Assembly (NCBI GenBank): GCA_043819795.1
Contig: JBDREN010000231.1
Span: forward strand, 1-30,974
Length of the DNA: 30,974 nt
Reading direction: 5' to 3'
Source of the DNA: Elusimicrobiota bacterium
GTDB lineage: Bacteria; Elusimicrobiota; Elusimicrobia; UBA1565
Numbering within the stretch: position 1 is the first letter of the stretch; each line of letters opens with the position of its first letter. A program made the position numbers and the translations under genes. A model generated the notes under the pieces. That model ran no database searches. It had not been told where the DNA came from and saw nothing but the letters and a program-made list of their open reading frames with translations. Shown here one piece after another: positions 8,835 to 16,600 of this stretch.

Positions 8835-10862
8835 ATGGCCAACGATATAACCCAAGACACCGCCAAAGAAGCCGCGCAAGATGCCGCGCCCGAGATAGGT
8901 GTCAGAGACCTCCTCGCAGCCTGGTACCGAAGGTACGTCGAGCGCCACTTCGAGAGAGCCTTCGTCGTCGTCACCCTCGCGGCCATCATCAGCATCGGCT
9001 ACTTCGTCGAGAACAAGCTCGCCTTCATCAGCTTCTTCTACATCCCGGTGTTCTTCGCCGCCTTCCTCATCAACTCGAGGACCGCGGTGCTCCAGAGCGT
9101 CTTCTCTGTCCTCATGGTCTCCCTATACGCGATAGTCGTCCCGGAGAAGTTCTTCATGGAGCCGACCAGCTTCAACCTCTTCTTCCATCTCCTGGCGTGG
9201 GGCAGCTTCCTGATCCTGGCCGGGGCCGTGGTGGGGAGGCTCAACGAGAAGCTCAGCGAGCGCTACCGCAAGTCGGAGTCGCTGGTCGTCGACCTCAAGG
9301 AAAAGCAGCGCAAGCTGGAGACGCTGCAGAAGAGCCTGGTCGATTCCAACCAGAACCTGGAGCTCAAGAACCGGGCCGTCGAGTCCCTCAAGGAGAAGCT
9401 GGAGGGGGTCCTCTACTCCGCGATCGACCCCGAGGTGGCCCGGCTGGTCGTCAACCGCCAGATCATGACCGAGAAGAAGTTCATCACGGTCCTCTTCGCC
9501 GACCTGCAGGGATTCACGCAATACTCCGAGGCCAGGCAGCCGGAGGTGGTGATCGAGGAGCTCAACAAGTACTTCACCGTCATGGAGCCCGTGATCGCCC
9601 GCTTCCGGGGCCACCTGGACAAGTACATCGGCGACGGGGTGATGGCGGAGTTCGGCGCCCCCCTGCACTTCCAGCAGCACCCGGTCCTGGGCGTTCTGGC
9701 GGCGCTGCAGATGCAGGCCCGCGCTCCCGAGGCCCGCCTGCCCTTGAAGATGCGCATCGGGGTCGCCTCGGGCCCGGCGATCGTGGGGCTCGTGGGCTCC
9801 GCGCGGAGGAAGAACTACAGCGCCTTCGGGGACACGGTCAACGTGGCCCAGCGCCTCGAGATGATGTGCCCGTCGGGAAGCGTCCTGATCGACCAGGCGA
9901 CCTTCGAGAAGGCGAGCCGGTTCATCCGCTACAGGCGGGTCCGCATGGGCCTCGATGCGGAGAAGAGCGAACAGCTGGAGCAGAGGATCGAGGAGCTGGA
10001 GAAGTCGCTCGCCTCGGGCAAGGCCAAGCCGGAAAGCTGGATCGAGGCCGGGAAGCTCGCCTCCCAGCTCGGCGAGATGGACATGGCGATCCGGCATCTG
10101 CGGGAAGCCATGCGGCAGCTGCCCGACAGGAGGGTCGAGATCGAGAAGGCCCTTGCCGAAGCCGTGTTCATGTCAGAGGAGCGCTCCAAGATCGAGGTGA
10201 AGGGTAAGACCCGGCGCGTGACGACCTACGAAGTGCTGGGGCTGAGGGACCCCCTCCTTGACCCCAACAAGTTCCCGCCCGCCTTCAACAAGAGGTACGG
10301 GAAGCTGGAGCCTACCCTGAACGGGGGGCGCGAGATCCTTCTCTCGATCGAGGCGCTCGACGGGTCCCTCGGCCAGAGCCGCAGCACGGCCCTGCTCTCC
10401 TACGCCCTCGCCGAGGCGATGGAGCTCGACGGGGAGACCAAGGAGCTCGTCCTGCAGGCGGGCCACCTGCACCACGTGGGCAAACGCTTCATACCCGAGC
10501 ATCTGCTCAACCGCGAGGACTCGGACTACGACCTGCAGGTGATGACGGGACATGTGAACGAGGCCGAGAAGGTCATCCAGGAGATGGGCCTCGAGGTCTC
10601 CGACAAGGTCATCGAGGCGATCCGCCACCACCACGAGTCCTATGGGGGAGGAGGCTACCCCTCGGGCCTCAAAGGCGAGGACATCCCCCTGGGGTCCCGG
10701 ATCATCCAGCTGGCCTCGCATTACGACACCCTCACCTCCTGGAAGGCCTACCGCGAGGCCTGGAACCGGAAGGCGGCCTTGAGCGAGCTTAAACGCGAGG
10801 CCGAGCTGGCCCGATTCGACCCGAAGGTGGTCAAAGCCCTGGCGACGGTCCTCAAGGATTAG
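8835..10862 (+). CDS. Membrane class III adenylate cyclase with TPR-like insertion and degenerate HD-GYP domain
   Basis: About 4 N-terminal TM helices and a coiled coil; VLFADLQGFT, DKYIGDGVMA, SAFGDTVNVAQRLE and VKGK; C-terminal LHHVGK...HHHE...GYP...IPLGSRII...FDP. Confidence 0.9.
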   Translation: MANDITQDTAKEAAQDAAPEIGVRDLLAAWYRRYVERHFERAFVVVTLAAIISIGYFVENKLAFISFFYIPVFFAAFLINSRTAVLQSVFSVLMVSLYAIVVPEKFFMEPTSFNLFFHLLAWGSFLILAGAVVGRLNEKLSERYRKSESLVVDLKEKQRKLETLQKSLVDSNQNLELKNRAVESLKEKLEGVLYSAIDPEVARLVVNRQIMTEKKFITVLFADLQGFTQYSEARQPEVVIEELNKYFTVMEPVIARFRGHLDKYIGDGVMAEFGAPLHFQQHPVLGVLAALQMQARAPEARLPLKMRIGVASGPAIVGLVGSARRKNYSAFGDTVNVAQRLEMMCPSGSVLIDQATFEKASRFIRYRRVRMGLDAEKSEQLEQRIEELEKSLASGKAKPESWIEAGKLASQLGEMDMAIRHLREAMRQLPDRRVEIEKALAEAVFMSEERSKIEVKGKTRRVTTYEVLGLRDPLLDPNKFPPAFNKRYGKLEPTLNGGREILLSIEALDGSLGQSRSTALLSYALAEAMELDGETKELVLQAGHLHHVGKRFIPEHLLNREDSDYDLQVMTGHVNEAEKVIQEMGLEVSDKVIEAIRHHHESYGGGGYPSGLKGEDIPLGSRIIQLASHYDTLTSWKAYREAWNRKAALSELKREAELARFDPKVVKALATVLKD

Positions 10863-10882
10863 CCGGCCTTCCCCGCCCGCGG

Positions 10883-11677
10883 ATGAAACGTCCGCCCCGC
10901 CCCGCTTCGGCCACGGTCGCGGCGCGGCGTCCAGCCCGGAGGGCAGCCGTGCCGCCCGGCCTAAGGCAAGGCGTTGGCGCGGCGGCGCGGACGCTCGCGG
11001 CCTGCGGCGCGTGCATCCTTCTCTGCGCCGGCTGCTCCACGTTCAAGGGTCTCGGCCGCGATCTCGGGCGCCAAGCCCTGCGCGCCACTCCCGAAGGCCG
11101 CCGGATCCTTCGCGAGGCGGACCGCTACGCGCGCATCGCGAAGGTCCTCAAGAAATGCCACGACTCCAAGTCGCTCGACGAAGGGGACGTGCTGGACGTG
11201 CTCTACGCGACCGGCGTGCTCAAGAAGCCCCCGAAGGCGCGGCGCGCGCGGCGGCGCCCGAGCCCCGAGCCGTTCCCGGTCCCCGTCTACAAGGGAGCGT
11301 GGCGATGGCCCCTGAGGGCGGGCGTGGTCAGCTCCGAGTTCGGCAAACGCTGGGGGAAGCGGCACCACGGCATCGATATCGCGGCCGACAGCGGCGTGCC
11401 GGTCTTCGCCGCCGCGCCGGGCAAGGTCCTATACGCCGGCGACCGGATCAAGGGCTACGGCAACGTGGTCATCCTGCGCCACGACCAGGAAACCACCACC
11501 CTCTACGCCCACAACCGGAGCATGAAGGTGAAGGAAGGGCAGCGGGTGAAGCGCGGGCACGTCATCGCGACCCTGGGATCGACCGGCCGCTCGACCGGAC
11601 CCCACGTTCACTTCGAGATACGCGAGGGGCCCCGCTCCATCGACCCGCGCAAACGCCTGCCCAAGGGCCGGTTCTAG
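10883..11677 (+). CDS. M23 family metallopeptidase, probable lipoprotein (start uncertain)
   Basis: Lipobox-like LLCAGC, WRWPL, HHGIDI, GYGNVVILRH, LYAHN and GRSTGPHVHFE; no LysM evident. Confidence 0.88.
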   Translation: MKRPPRPASATVAARRPARRAAVPPGLRQGVGAAARTLAACGACILLCAGCSTFKGLGRDLGRQALRATPEGRRILREADRYARIAKVLKKCHDSKSLDEGDVLDVLYATGVLKKPPKARRARRRPSPEPFPVPVYKGAWRWPLRAGVVSSEFGKRWGKRHHGIDIAADSGVPVFAAAPGKVLYAGDRIKGYGNVVILRHDQETTTLYAHNRSMKVKEGQRVKRGHVIATLGSTGRSTGPHVHFEIREGPRSIDPRKRLPKGRF

Positions 11678-11698
11678 ATCCGCGGCGGGAATTCCCGG

Positions 11699-12301
11699 CT
11701 AGTCCGCGGTGAAGTCCCTGCGGGCGCGCAGGGCGCAGAACAGGGTTCGCTCGTCCATGTAGTCCAGGTGCCCTCCCAGCGGCACGCCCTGGGCGATGCG
11801 CGTGACCCGGACCGAAAAAGCCTTGAGCTCCCTGGCCAGGTAGAGGGCCGTGGCCTCCCCTTCGGTGTCGGGGTCCGTGGCCAGGATGACCTCGGACACC
11901 TTGCTCCCCGCGCGTCCGAGACGCGTAAGGAACTCCCTGACGCGGATGCCCTCGGGGCCGACTCCGTGCAGGGGCGAGATCTTTCCGTGCAGGACGTGGT
12001 AAAGCCCCGAGTAGCTCCGCGAGCGCTCGATCGCGGCCACGTCGGCCGGCTGCTCGACGACGCAGAGCTGGCTCGGGTCCCGCCCCGGGTCCGCGCAGAG
12101 ACGGCAGGTCTCGTTCTCCGTATAGTCGAAGCAGACGGGGCAGGATCGGATCTTGGCCTTGGCCTCGCGGATCGCCTCGGCGAGCGCCTCCGCCTCGGAG
12201 GAGGGGGCCCCCAGCAGGTGGACGGCGAGCCGCTCGGCCTGCTTGGGCCCTATGCCGGGAAGACGCTTGAAGGAACGGACCAGCCGCTCGAAGCTCTTCA
12301 T
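11699..12301 (-). CDS. recR: Recombination mediator RecR
   Basis: LPGIGPKQAERLA HhH, C4 zinc finger, YHVLHG and Toprim EVILATDPDTEGEATA. Confidence 0.97.
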   Translation of the reverse strand: MKSFERLVRSFKRLPGIGPKQAERLAVHLLGAPSSEAEALAEAIREAKAKIRSCPVCFDYTENETCRLCADPGRDPSQLCVVEQPADVAAIERSRSYSGLYHVLHGKISPLHGVGPEGIRVREFLTRLGRAGSKVSEVILATDPDTEGEATALYLARELKAFSVRVTRIAQGVPLGGHLDYMDERTLFCALRARRDFTAD

Positions 12302-12305
12302 CCCT

Positions 12306-13994
12306 TCAGGACTTCTTCTTCACTTGACGGATGCGTCCCCCGAGAACTCCGAGAGCCTTCTTGACGCCCGCGTCGTCGATCGCTCCGGACGCCTCGGAGG
12401 CGTCCACCCATCCCTCGGCGGGATCCTCCTTCTTGGCGGGCTTTTCCCGCTTCGGCCGGGAGGCCGCCTTCTCATCGACCGCGAAGCCGATCCGCACCGT
12501 GCGGCCGGCGACGTCCCGGATCGCCCGCTCGATCACAGCCTGATGCGCTTTGGCGCGCTCCATGTCGAAAGCCTGGCCGAAGACGAGCCGCCACGCGTCG
12601 GCCTCCGAAGGGAGAAGGCGGCTGCCCTCGAGGCTCGAAGCCAGAGCCGGCTTCATCTCGTGGACGCGCTGAAGCACGGTCGGCCAGATATCCTCGGCGG
12701 CTCCCGCGCCGCCCTCGGCGGCGGGGGCCCCACCGCCCCCTTCAGCGGGCTCGGCGGGCCGCGCGGGCGCGAGCCCGTCGGAGCGGGGATCCGGCAGGGG
12801 GGCGGCGCCGCGCTCCCCGGAGGAAGGCGCCGGAGCGCGCGTCCCGGACCCGGCTCCCGGCGCGGACGCGAGGCGCCGCTCGAGAGCCTCGAGACGCGCC
12901 ACCCACTCCCGCAGATCGTAGGCCGACTCGAGCATCCCGTAGAGGCCCAGCTCGAAGGCGATCTGCGGCGAGTCGGAGCCGCGCATCTCCTCGAGCGTCC
13001 GGTTCACGCGCCTGATGAGCAACGAGAAAGTCTCCGGCGAGTGCGGCCGCGCCAGCGCGCCCCACTCCGCGCTCAGGTCCGCGCCCACACCCAGGCGGTG
13101 CGCGTAGACCTCGGCCAGCCGCCCGCGCAGGTCCCTGAGAAGCTGCGCGGCGTCGAAACCCTCGGCCGTCACCCGGCCCAGCCACTCGGCGAGCTTCGGC
13201 GCGTCCTTGGCTAGGATCGCCTCCGCGATCCCGAGCAGGAACTCGTCCGGGAGGGTCCCCATGAGCTCGGCCACGTCGTCGACCGTCAGCTTGTCCCCGC
13301 CGAACGCGCAGGCCTGCTCGAAAAGGCCCACCGCGTCCCGCAGCGCCCCGCCGGACGCGCGCGCCAGGAGAGCCAGCGCGTCCTTCTCGACCTTGACCTT
13401 CTCCGCTTTCGCGATCTTCTGCAGGTGGCCGGCCGCCACGTCGTGCGCGATCAGGCGGAAACGGAAGCGCTGGCATCGCGAGACGATCGTCGCAGGCACC
13501 TTCGCGAGCTCGGTCGTCGCCAAGATAAAGATGGCGTGGGGCGGGGGCTCCTCCAGCGTCTTCAGCAGCGCGTTGAAAGAGCTCGTCGAGAGCATGTGGA
13601 CTTCGTCGATGATGAATATCTTGTGGCGGTCCCGGCTCGGCGCCAGCGAGACGGTCTCGATGATCATCTCCCGGATCTTGTCGACCTGCGTGTTGCTGGC
13701 CGCGTCGAGCTCGAGGACGTCGATGCTGGCGCCGGCGGCGATCTCCTCGCAGGACGGGCACTTGCCGCAGGGCTTCGGCGTGGGCCCGGTCTGGCAGTTA
13801 AGCGCCCTGGCGAGTATGCGCGCCGAGGTGGTCTTGCCGACCCCCCGCGGGCCGAAGAAGAGGTAGGCGTGGCTCGCCTGCCCCGTCTCCACGGCGTTGC
13901 GCAGCGTCGTGGCGATGGCCTCCTGGCCCACGACTTCCTCGAAGAGTTGGGGGCGGTACTTGCGGGCCAGGCCGAGATGGGAAGCTTCTTTCAT
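12306..13994 (-). CDS. dnaX: DNA polymerase III subunit gamma/tau
   Basis: LARKYRPQ, GPRGVGKT, zinc-binding cysteines, ELDAASN, IIDEVHML, LLKTLEEPP and SRCQRF. ATG at 13994 with GAGGA upstream is preferred over the ORF-track start. Confidence 0.96.
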   Translation of the reverse strand: MKEASHLGLARKYRPQLFEEVVGQEAIATTLRNAVETGQASHAYLFFGPRGVGKTTSARILARALNCQTGPTPKPCGKCPSCEEIAAGASIDVLELDAASNTQVDKIREMIIETVSLAPSRDRHKIFIIDEVHMLSTSSFNALLKTLEEPPPHAIFILATTELAKVPATIVSRCQRFRFRLIAHDVAAGHLQKIAKAEKVKVEKDALALLARASGGALRDAVGLFEQACAFGGDKLTVDDVAELMGTLPDEFLLGIAEAILAKDAPKLAEWLGRVTAEGFDAAQLLRDLRGRLAEVYAHRLGVGADLSAEWGALARPHSPETFSLLIRRVNRTLEEMRGSDSPQIAFELGLYGMLESAYDLREWVARLEALERRLASAPGAGSGTRAPAPSSGERGAAPLPDPRSDGLAPARPAEPAEGGGGAPAAEGGAGAAEDIWPTVLQRVHEMKPALASSLEGSRLLPSEADAWRLVFGQAFDMERAKAHQAVIERAIRDVAGRTVRIGFAVDEKAASRPKREKPAKKEDPAEGWVDASEASGAIDDAGVKKALGVLGGRIRQVKKKS

Positions 13995-14056
13995 AGTCCT
14001 CGCTGACGTCGGGTGGAACTCAAGATACCAACAACCGACGCTGTGAGTCAAATCGG

Positions 14057-14115
14057 CGCCGCAGGCTAGCCCTGCGGTGCTTACACCTTTCAGTCATCAG
14101 GTAAATCGTCGCAAG
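14057..14115. repeat. 59-nt REP-like repeat, copy 1
   Basis: Hairpin CCGCAGG-N5-CCTGCGG followed by TTAC (GTAA on the minus strand); 49/59 identical to 16416-16474. Confidence 0.75.
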
Positions 14116-14239
14116 GACGCCGTCGCCGTTTCGGATGGCGGCGTCATGGCGATGTCTGGCTATGATTCCTTGACTTTGGGAACCATCCGTTTGAACGGCC
14201 TGATTCAAGAAAAGTACAGCAAGTCATAAAGGTCATGGC

Positions 14240-14268
14240 CTGACACCGGACGGTTTTCCTGTTACACT
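14240..14268 (+). promoter_or_regulatory. Sigma70-type promoter, predicted leaderless start at ATG 14275
   Basis: CTGACA (14240-14245), 17 nt, TACACT (14263-14268) with TGn; ATG lies 7 nt downstream and there is no SD. Confidence 0.65.
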
Positions 14269-14274
14269 ATGAAG

Positions 14275-15162
14275 ATGCGAAGCTTGGTCCCAGCAGTCCG
14301 TGGCAAAAGCCTTCCGGGGCCCGCAATCGCCTGGAGGCGGCCTGCGCCTGCGTTGCGACCGAGCGTTATCGCGAGGAAGTGCCGCGTCCAGACGCCGTTG
14401 GGAAGCGGCCTCTTCGCTTACATACCCTGCGGGCATGCTCCCTCGTCGCGCCTTGGCTCGGCTCGCCCCAGGCGATTTCGCCATCCGAAATGCTTTTGCC
14501 ACGGACTGCTAGCCGCGGCGGTGCTGGTCGCCTGCGCGCGCCTTCCGGCGGCGGCCGCGGCCGCCGCCGCGGACCTGAGCCAGGCCACCCTCTGGCAGGA
14601 GCGCTACTTCTGGGACGGGCTCATCCAGGCACGCGACCGGGCCGCCCGCGTCTCCGCCGACCCGCGGCTGCTGGAGGTCGTGCGAACGATCGCCCACCAG
14701 GTCGCGCAGCAGGACGCCAACCTGCGACAGATCCAGAGCTTCGTCGAGGGCCAGCTCGACAACCTGAAGTACGCCTTCAGCCAGCAGGACCCGGCGCCGA
14801 GCCTGGCCATCATCCGGAACAACTTCCACACCCTGGCGCAGGGCGCCGAGCAGATCCGCAACAACCTCTACTACCTCACCACGCGCGTGCGCATGAGTTC
14901 CACGCAGGCGCTGCCCGACCCCAAGCTCTCGGAGATGGTGAGGCTCCTGATCGCGCAGATCCAGCAAGTCCAGCTGCGCCTCAACACCCTCTACACGGAC
15001 GCCCTCGCCGTCGAGGGTGAGGTCCAAGGCGAGACGTGGGCGGTCGACGACTTCTTCCGGTTCAGCGCCAGCCATCTGCTGCGCATGGTCATCGAGGTGC
15101 AGGACTCCATCTTCGCCGTCTACAACGCCTCCTATGAGCTGTATATCCTCTCGAAGGAATAG
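14275..15162 (+). CDS. Exported helical/coiled-coil hypothetical protein with an in-frame MITE in its signal peptide
   Basis: Gln/Leu-rich helical body with strong GC3 codon bias from about 14512. Removing 14292-14510 restores MRSLVPAAAVLVACARLPAAAAAAAA-D. Alternative start at 14269. Confidence 0.75.
   Translation: MRSLVPAVRGKSLPGPAIAWRRPAPALRPSVIARKCRVQTPLGSGLFAYIPCGHAPSSRLGSARPRRFRHPKCFCHGLLAAAVLVACARLPAAAAAAAADLSQATLWQERYFWDGLIQARDRAARVSADPRLLEVVRTIAHQVAQQDANLRQIQSFVEGQLDNLKYAFSQQDPAPSLAIIRNNFHTLAQGAEQIRNNLYYLTTRVRMSSTQALPDPKLSEMVRLLIAQIQQVQLRLNTLYTDALAVEGEVQGETWAVDDFFRFSASHLLRMVIEVQDSIFAVYNASYELYILSKE
14292..14510. mobile_element. MITE-like non-autonomous element with terminal inverted repeats
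   Basis: Perfect 19-bp inverted repeat AGCAGTCCGTGGCAAAAGC (14292-14310 / 14492-14510), extending imperfectly to about 43 bp (shared AATCGCCTGG); CCAG and CTAG at the two ends resemble a target duplication. Confidence 0.85.
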
Positions 15163-15165
15163 CCG

Positions 15166-16389
15166 GTGACGGCGGCCGCTGTATTGGCTCTGCTCCTCGG
15201 AGCGACGGCCGTCTCCGCGGGCGCGGATCCGGACTCCGCCCCGGGGGACGCCCCGCCCGGAGGCCGGATCGAGGTCCGGGAGGAGGAAGACAACGTCGAG
15301 ATCACCATGGTGTCCACCGCTCCCGCCGCCGGGGCCGCCGTCCAGGCGGAGGAGCCCGTCGCGGAGATCCCTCCGGGCCTCACCGTGGCCGAGCTGGTCC
15401 AGCGGTACATCACCGCCTCCCGCCCCGAGAGGCGGCGTCCCCTGCTTGAACGCATCGGCCGGACCAAGCCCGAGAGCAACCAGGACCTGCGCTGGTTGCT
15501 GAACCTATTCAGCCGCAACGCGCCCGCAACGCGCCGGCAGACGGAGCTCAGCCTCCAGCTGCTCTCGGAAAGCGACTTTCGGCTCGCCCCGTTCTTCCTG
15601 GCCCTCCTGCAATCCGAGGAGCCTCTGTTCCGGACGTTCGGGCTCATCGGCGCGGAACGCCTGCGCGTGGAGGAGGCGCTGCCGCTCATCCGCGAGATCG
15701 CGTCCACCCGCTTCAAACACCGCATGCCGGCCTTCTCTCTGACGCCCAAGGAGGCCGACAACTGGCAGGTGCGCTACCACGCCCTCCAGGTCCTGGCGCT
15801 GTGGGAGGGGGAGAAGACCCTGCCGCTGTTGCTGAAACGCTCGCTGGAGGCGCCCGACGTGGCCGCTCTGACCGCCCGGCATTTCTGGGAGGAGATCCTC
15901 GATCGCGTCGTGCGCTGGTCGGAGTCCAGGCGGGCGACCCACCGGGAGGCCGCGGCCGCGGCCTGGCGTGCCGATATCCCCCGCGCGGCCCTGCGCAAGA
16001 GCGCCCCCCGGCTCCGGAAGCTGGTGGCGGACCGCCGCAAGAAGTTCGAGACCCGCCATCAGGCGGCCGTCAAGCTCGGAGTCGCCGCCGACGACGCGGA
16101 GGTCGAGCGCCTCTTGAAGGCCCGCGCCGAGGCTTCCGACGAGAAGATGCGCCTGCTCCTGACGACCGCGCTCTTCGCCTCGCGGCACGCGACCGCCATC
16201 CCCCTCCTCGTGGAATACGTCAAGAAGGACCCCGCAGCCATCGCCCGCGCCGGGGCCCTGTTCCAGCTGCGCGGGATGCTGCCTCCCGAGCGCTACCGCG
16301 AGCTGCTCGAGTGGGTCGTCGAGCACGACGAGGACGAGGAGAACCGCCGCAACGCCCTGCGCGAGCTGACCTCCATCCGAAGCGAATAG
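15166..16389 (+). CDS. Exported HEAT-repeat-like helical protein
   Basis: Signal peptide (AAAVLALLLGATAVSA); HEAT-like motifs such as VRYHALQVL, RHQAAVKLG, ARAGALFQL and RRNALREL. GTG start. Confidence 0.7.
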   Translation: MTAAAVLALLLGATAVSAGADPDSAPGDAPPGGRIEVREEEDNVEITMVSTAPAAGAAVQAEEPVAEIPPGLTVAELVQRYITASRPERRRPLLERIGRTKPESNQDLRWLLNLFSRNAPATRRQTELSLQLLSESDFRLAPFFLALLQSEEPLFRTFGLIGAERLRVEEALPLIREIASTRFKHRMPAFSLTPKEADNWQVRYHALQVLALWEGEKTLPLLLKRSLEAPDVAALTARHFWEEILDRVVRWSESRRATHREAAAAAWRADIPRAALRKSAPRLRKLVADRRKKFETRHQAAVKLGVAADDAEVERLLKARAEASDEKMRLLLTTALFASRHATAIPLLVEYVKKDPAAIARAGALFQLRGMLPPERYRELLEWVVEHDEDEENRRNALRELTSIRSE

Positions 16390-16398
16390 CGATCTCAG

Positions 16399-16474
16399 CG
16401 CCGCAGGCCAGCCAACGCCGCAGGCTTGCCCTGCGGCGTTTACACCCTCCAGTCATTGGGAACAACGTCGCAAG
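16399..16474. repeat. 59-nt REP-like repeat, copy 2 (16416-16474), preceded by a partial left-arm copy (16399-16413)
   Basis: AACGCCGCAGG-CTTGC-CCTGCGGCGTT hairpin plus a tail matching 14057-14115. Confidence 0.75.
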
Positions 16475-16585
16475 AAAAGCGTTCCGACTCTTTTCTTGAT
16501 TTGTTCGGACTCACCAGCGTGTCCTCTTAGTCGGGCGGGATAATCTGACCCCTCGGTTAAGCTTAAAGCAGTCCCCCGCCATTTT

Positions 16586-16594
16586 TGCTAAACT
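16586..16594 (+). promoter_or_regulatory. Extended -10 promoter, predicted leaderless start at ATG 16601
   Basis: TGcTAAACT at 16586-16594; ATG 7 nt downstream; no SD and no good -35. Confidence 0.55.
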
Positions 16595-16600
16595 GCCGCG

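Noticed and set aside
11686..11697. 12-bp palindrome CGGGAATTCCCG between the convergent M23 and recR genes
   Set aside because: Too short and lacks a U-tract; cannot support a terminator or operator call.
14020..14208. Small minus-strand ORF similar to the one at 16220-16465 (MTxxCKxRRASLRR)
   Set aside because: The similarity is explained by the shared 59-nt nucleotide repeat; no SD or coding bias, and the lengths differ.
14000..14270. SRP RNA (ffs) or tRNA upstream of dnaX
   Set aside because: No CAGG-GRAA-AGCA SRP domain IV motif and no tRNA T-loop or cloverleaf on either strand.
14233..14512. Two opposite-strand ORFs both starting MAKAFR
   Set aside because: Both start within the MITE terminal inverted repeats, so they reflect the symmetry; no transposase motifs.
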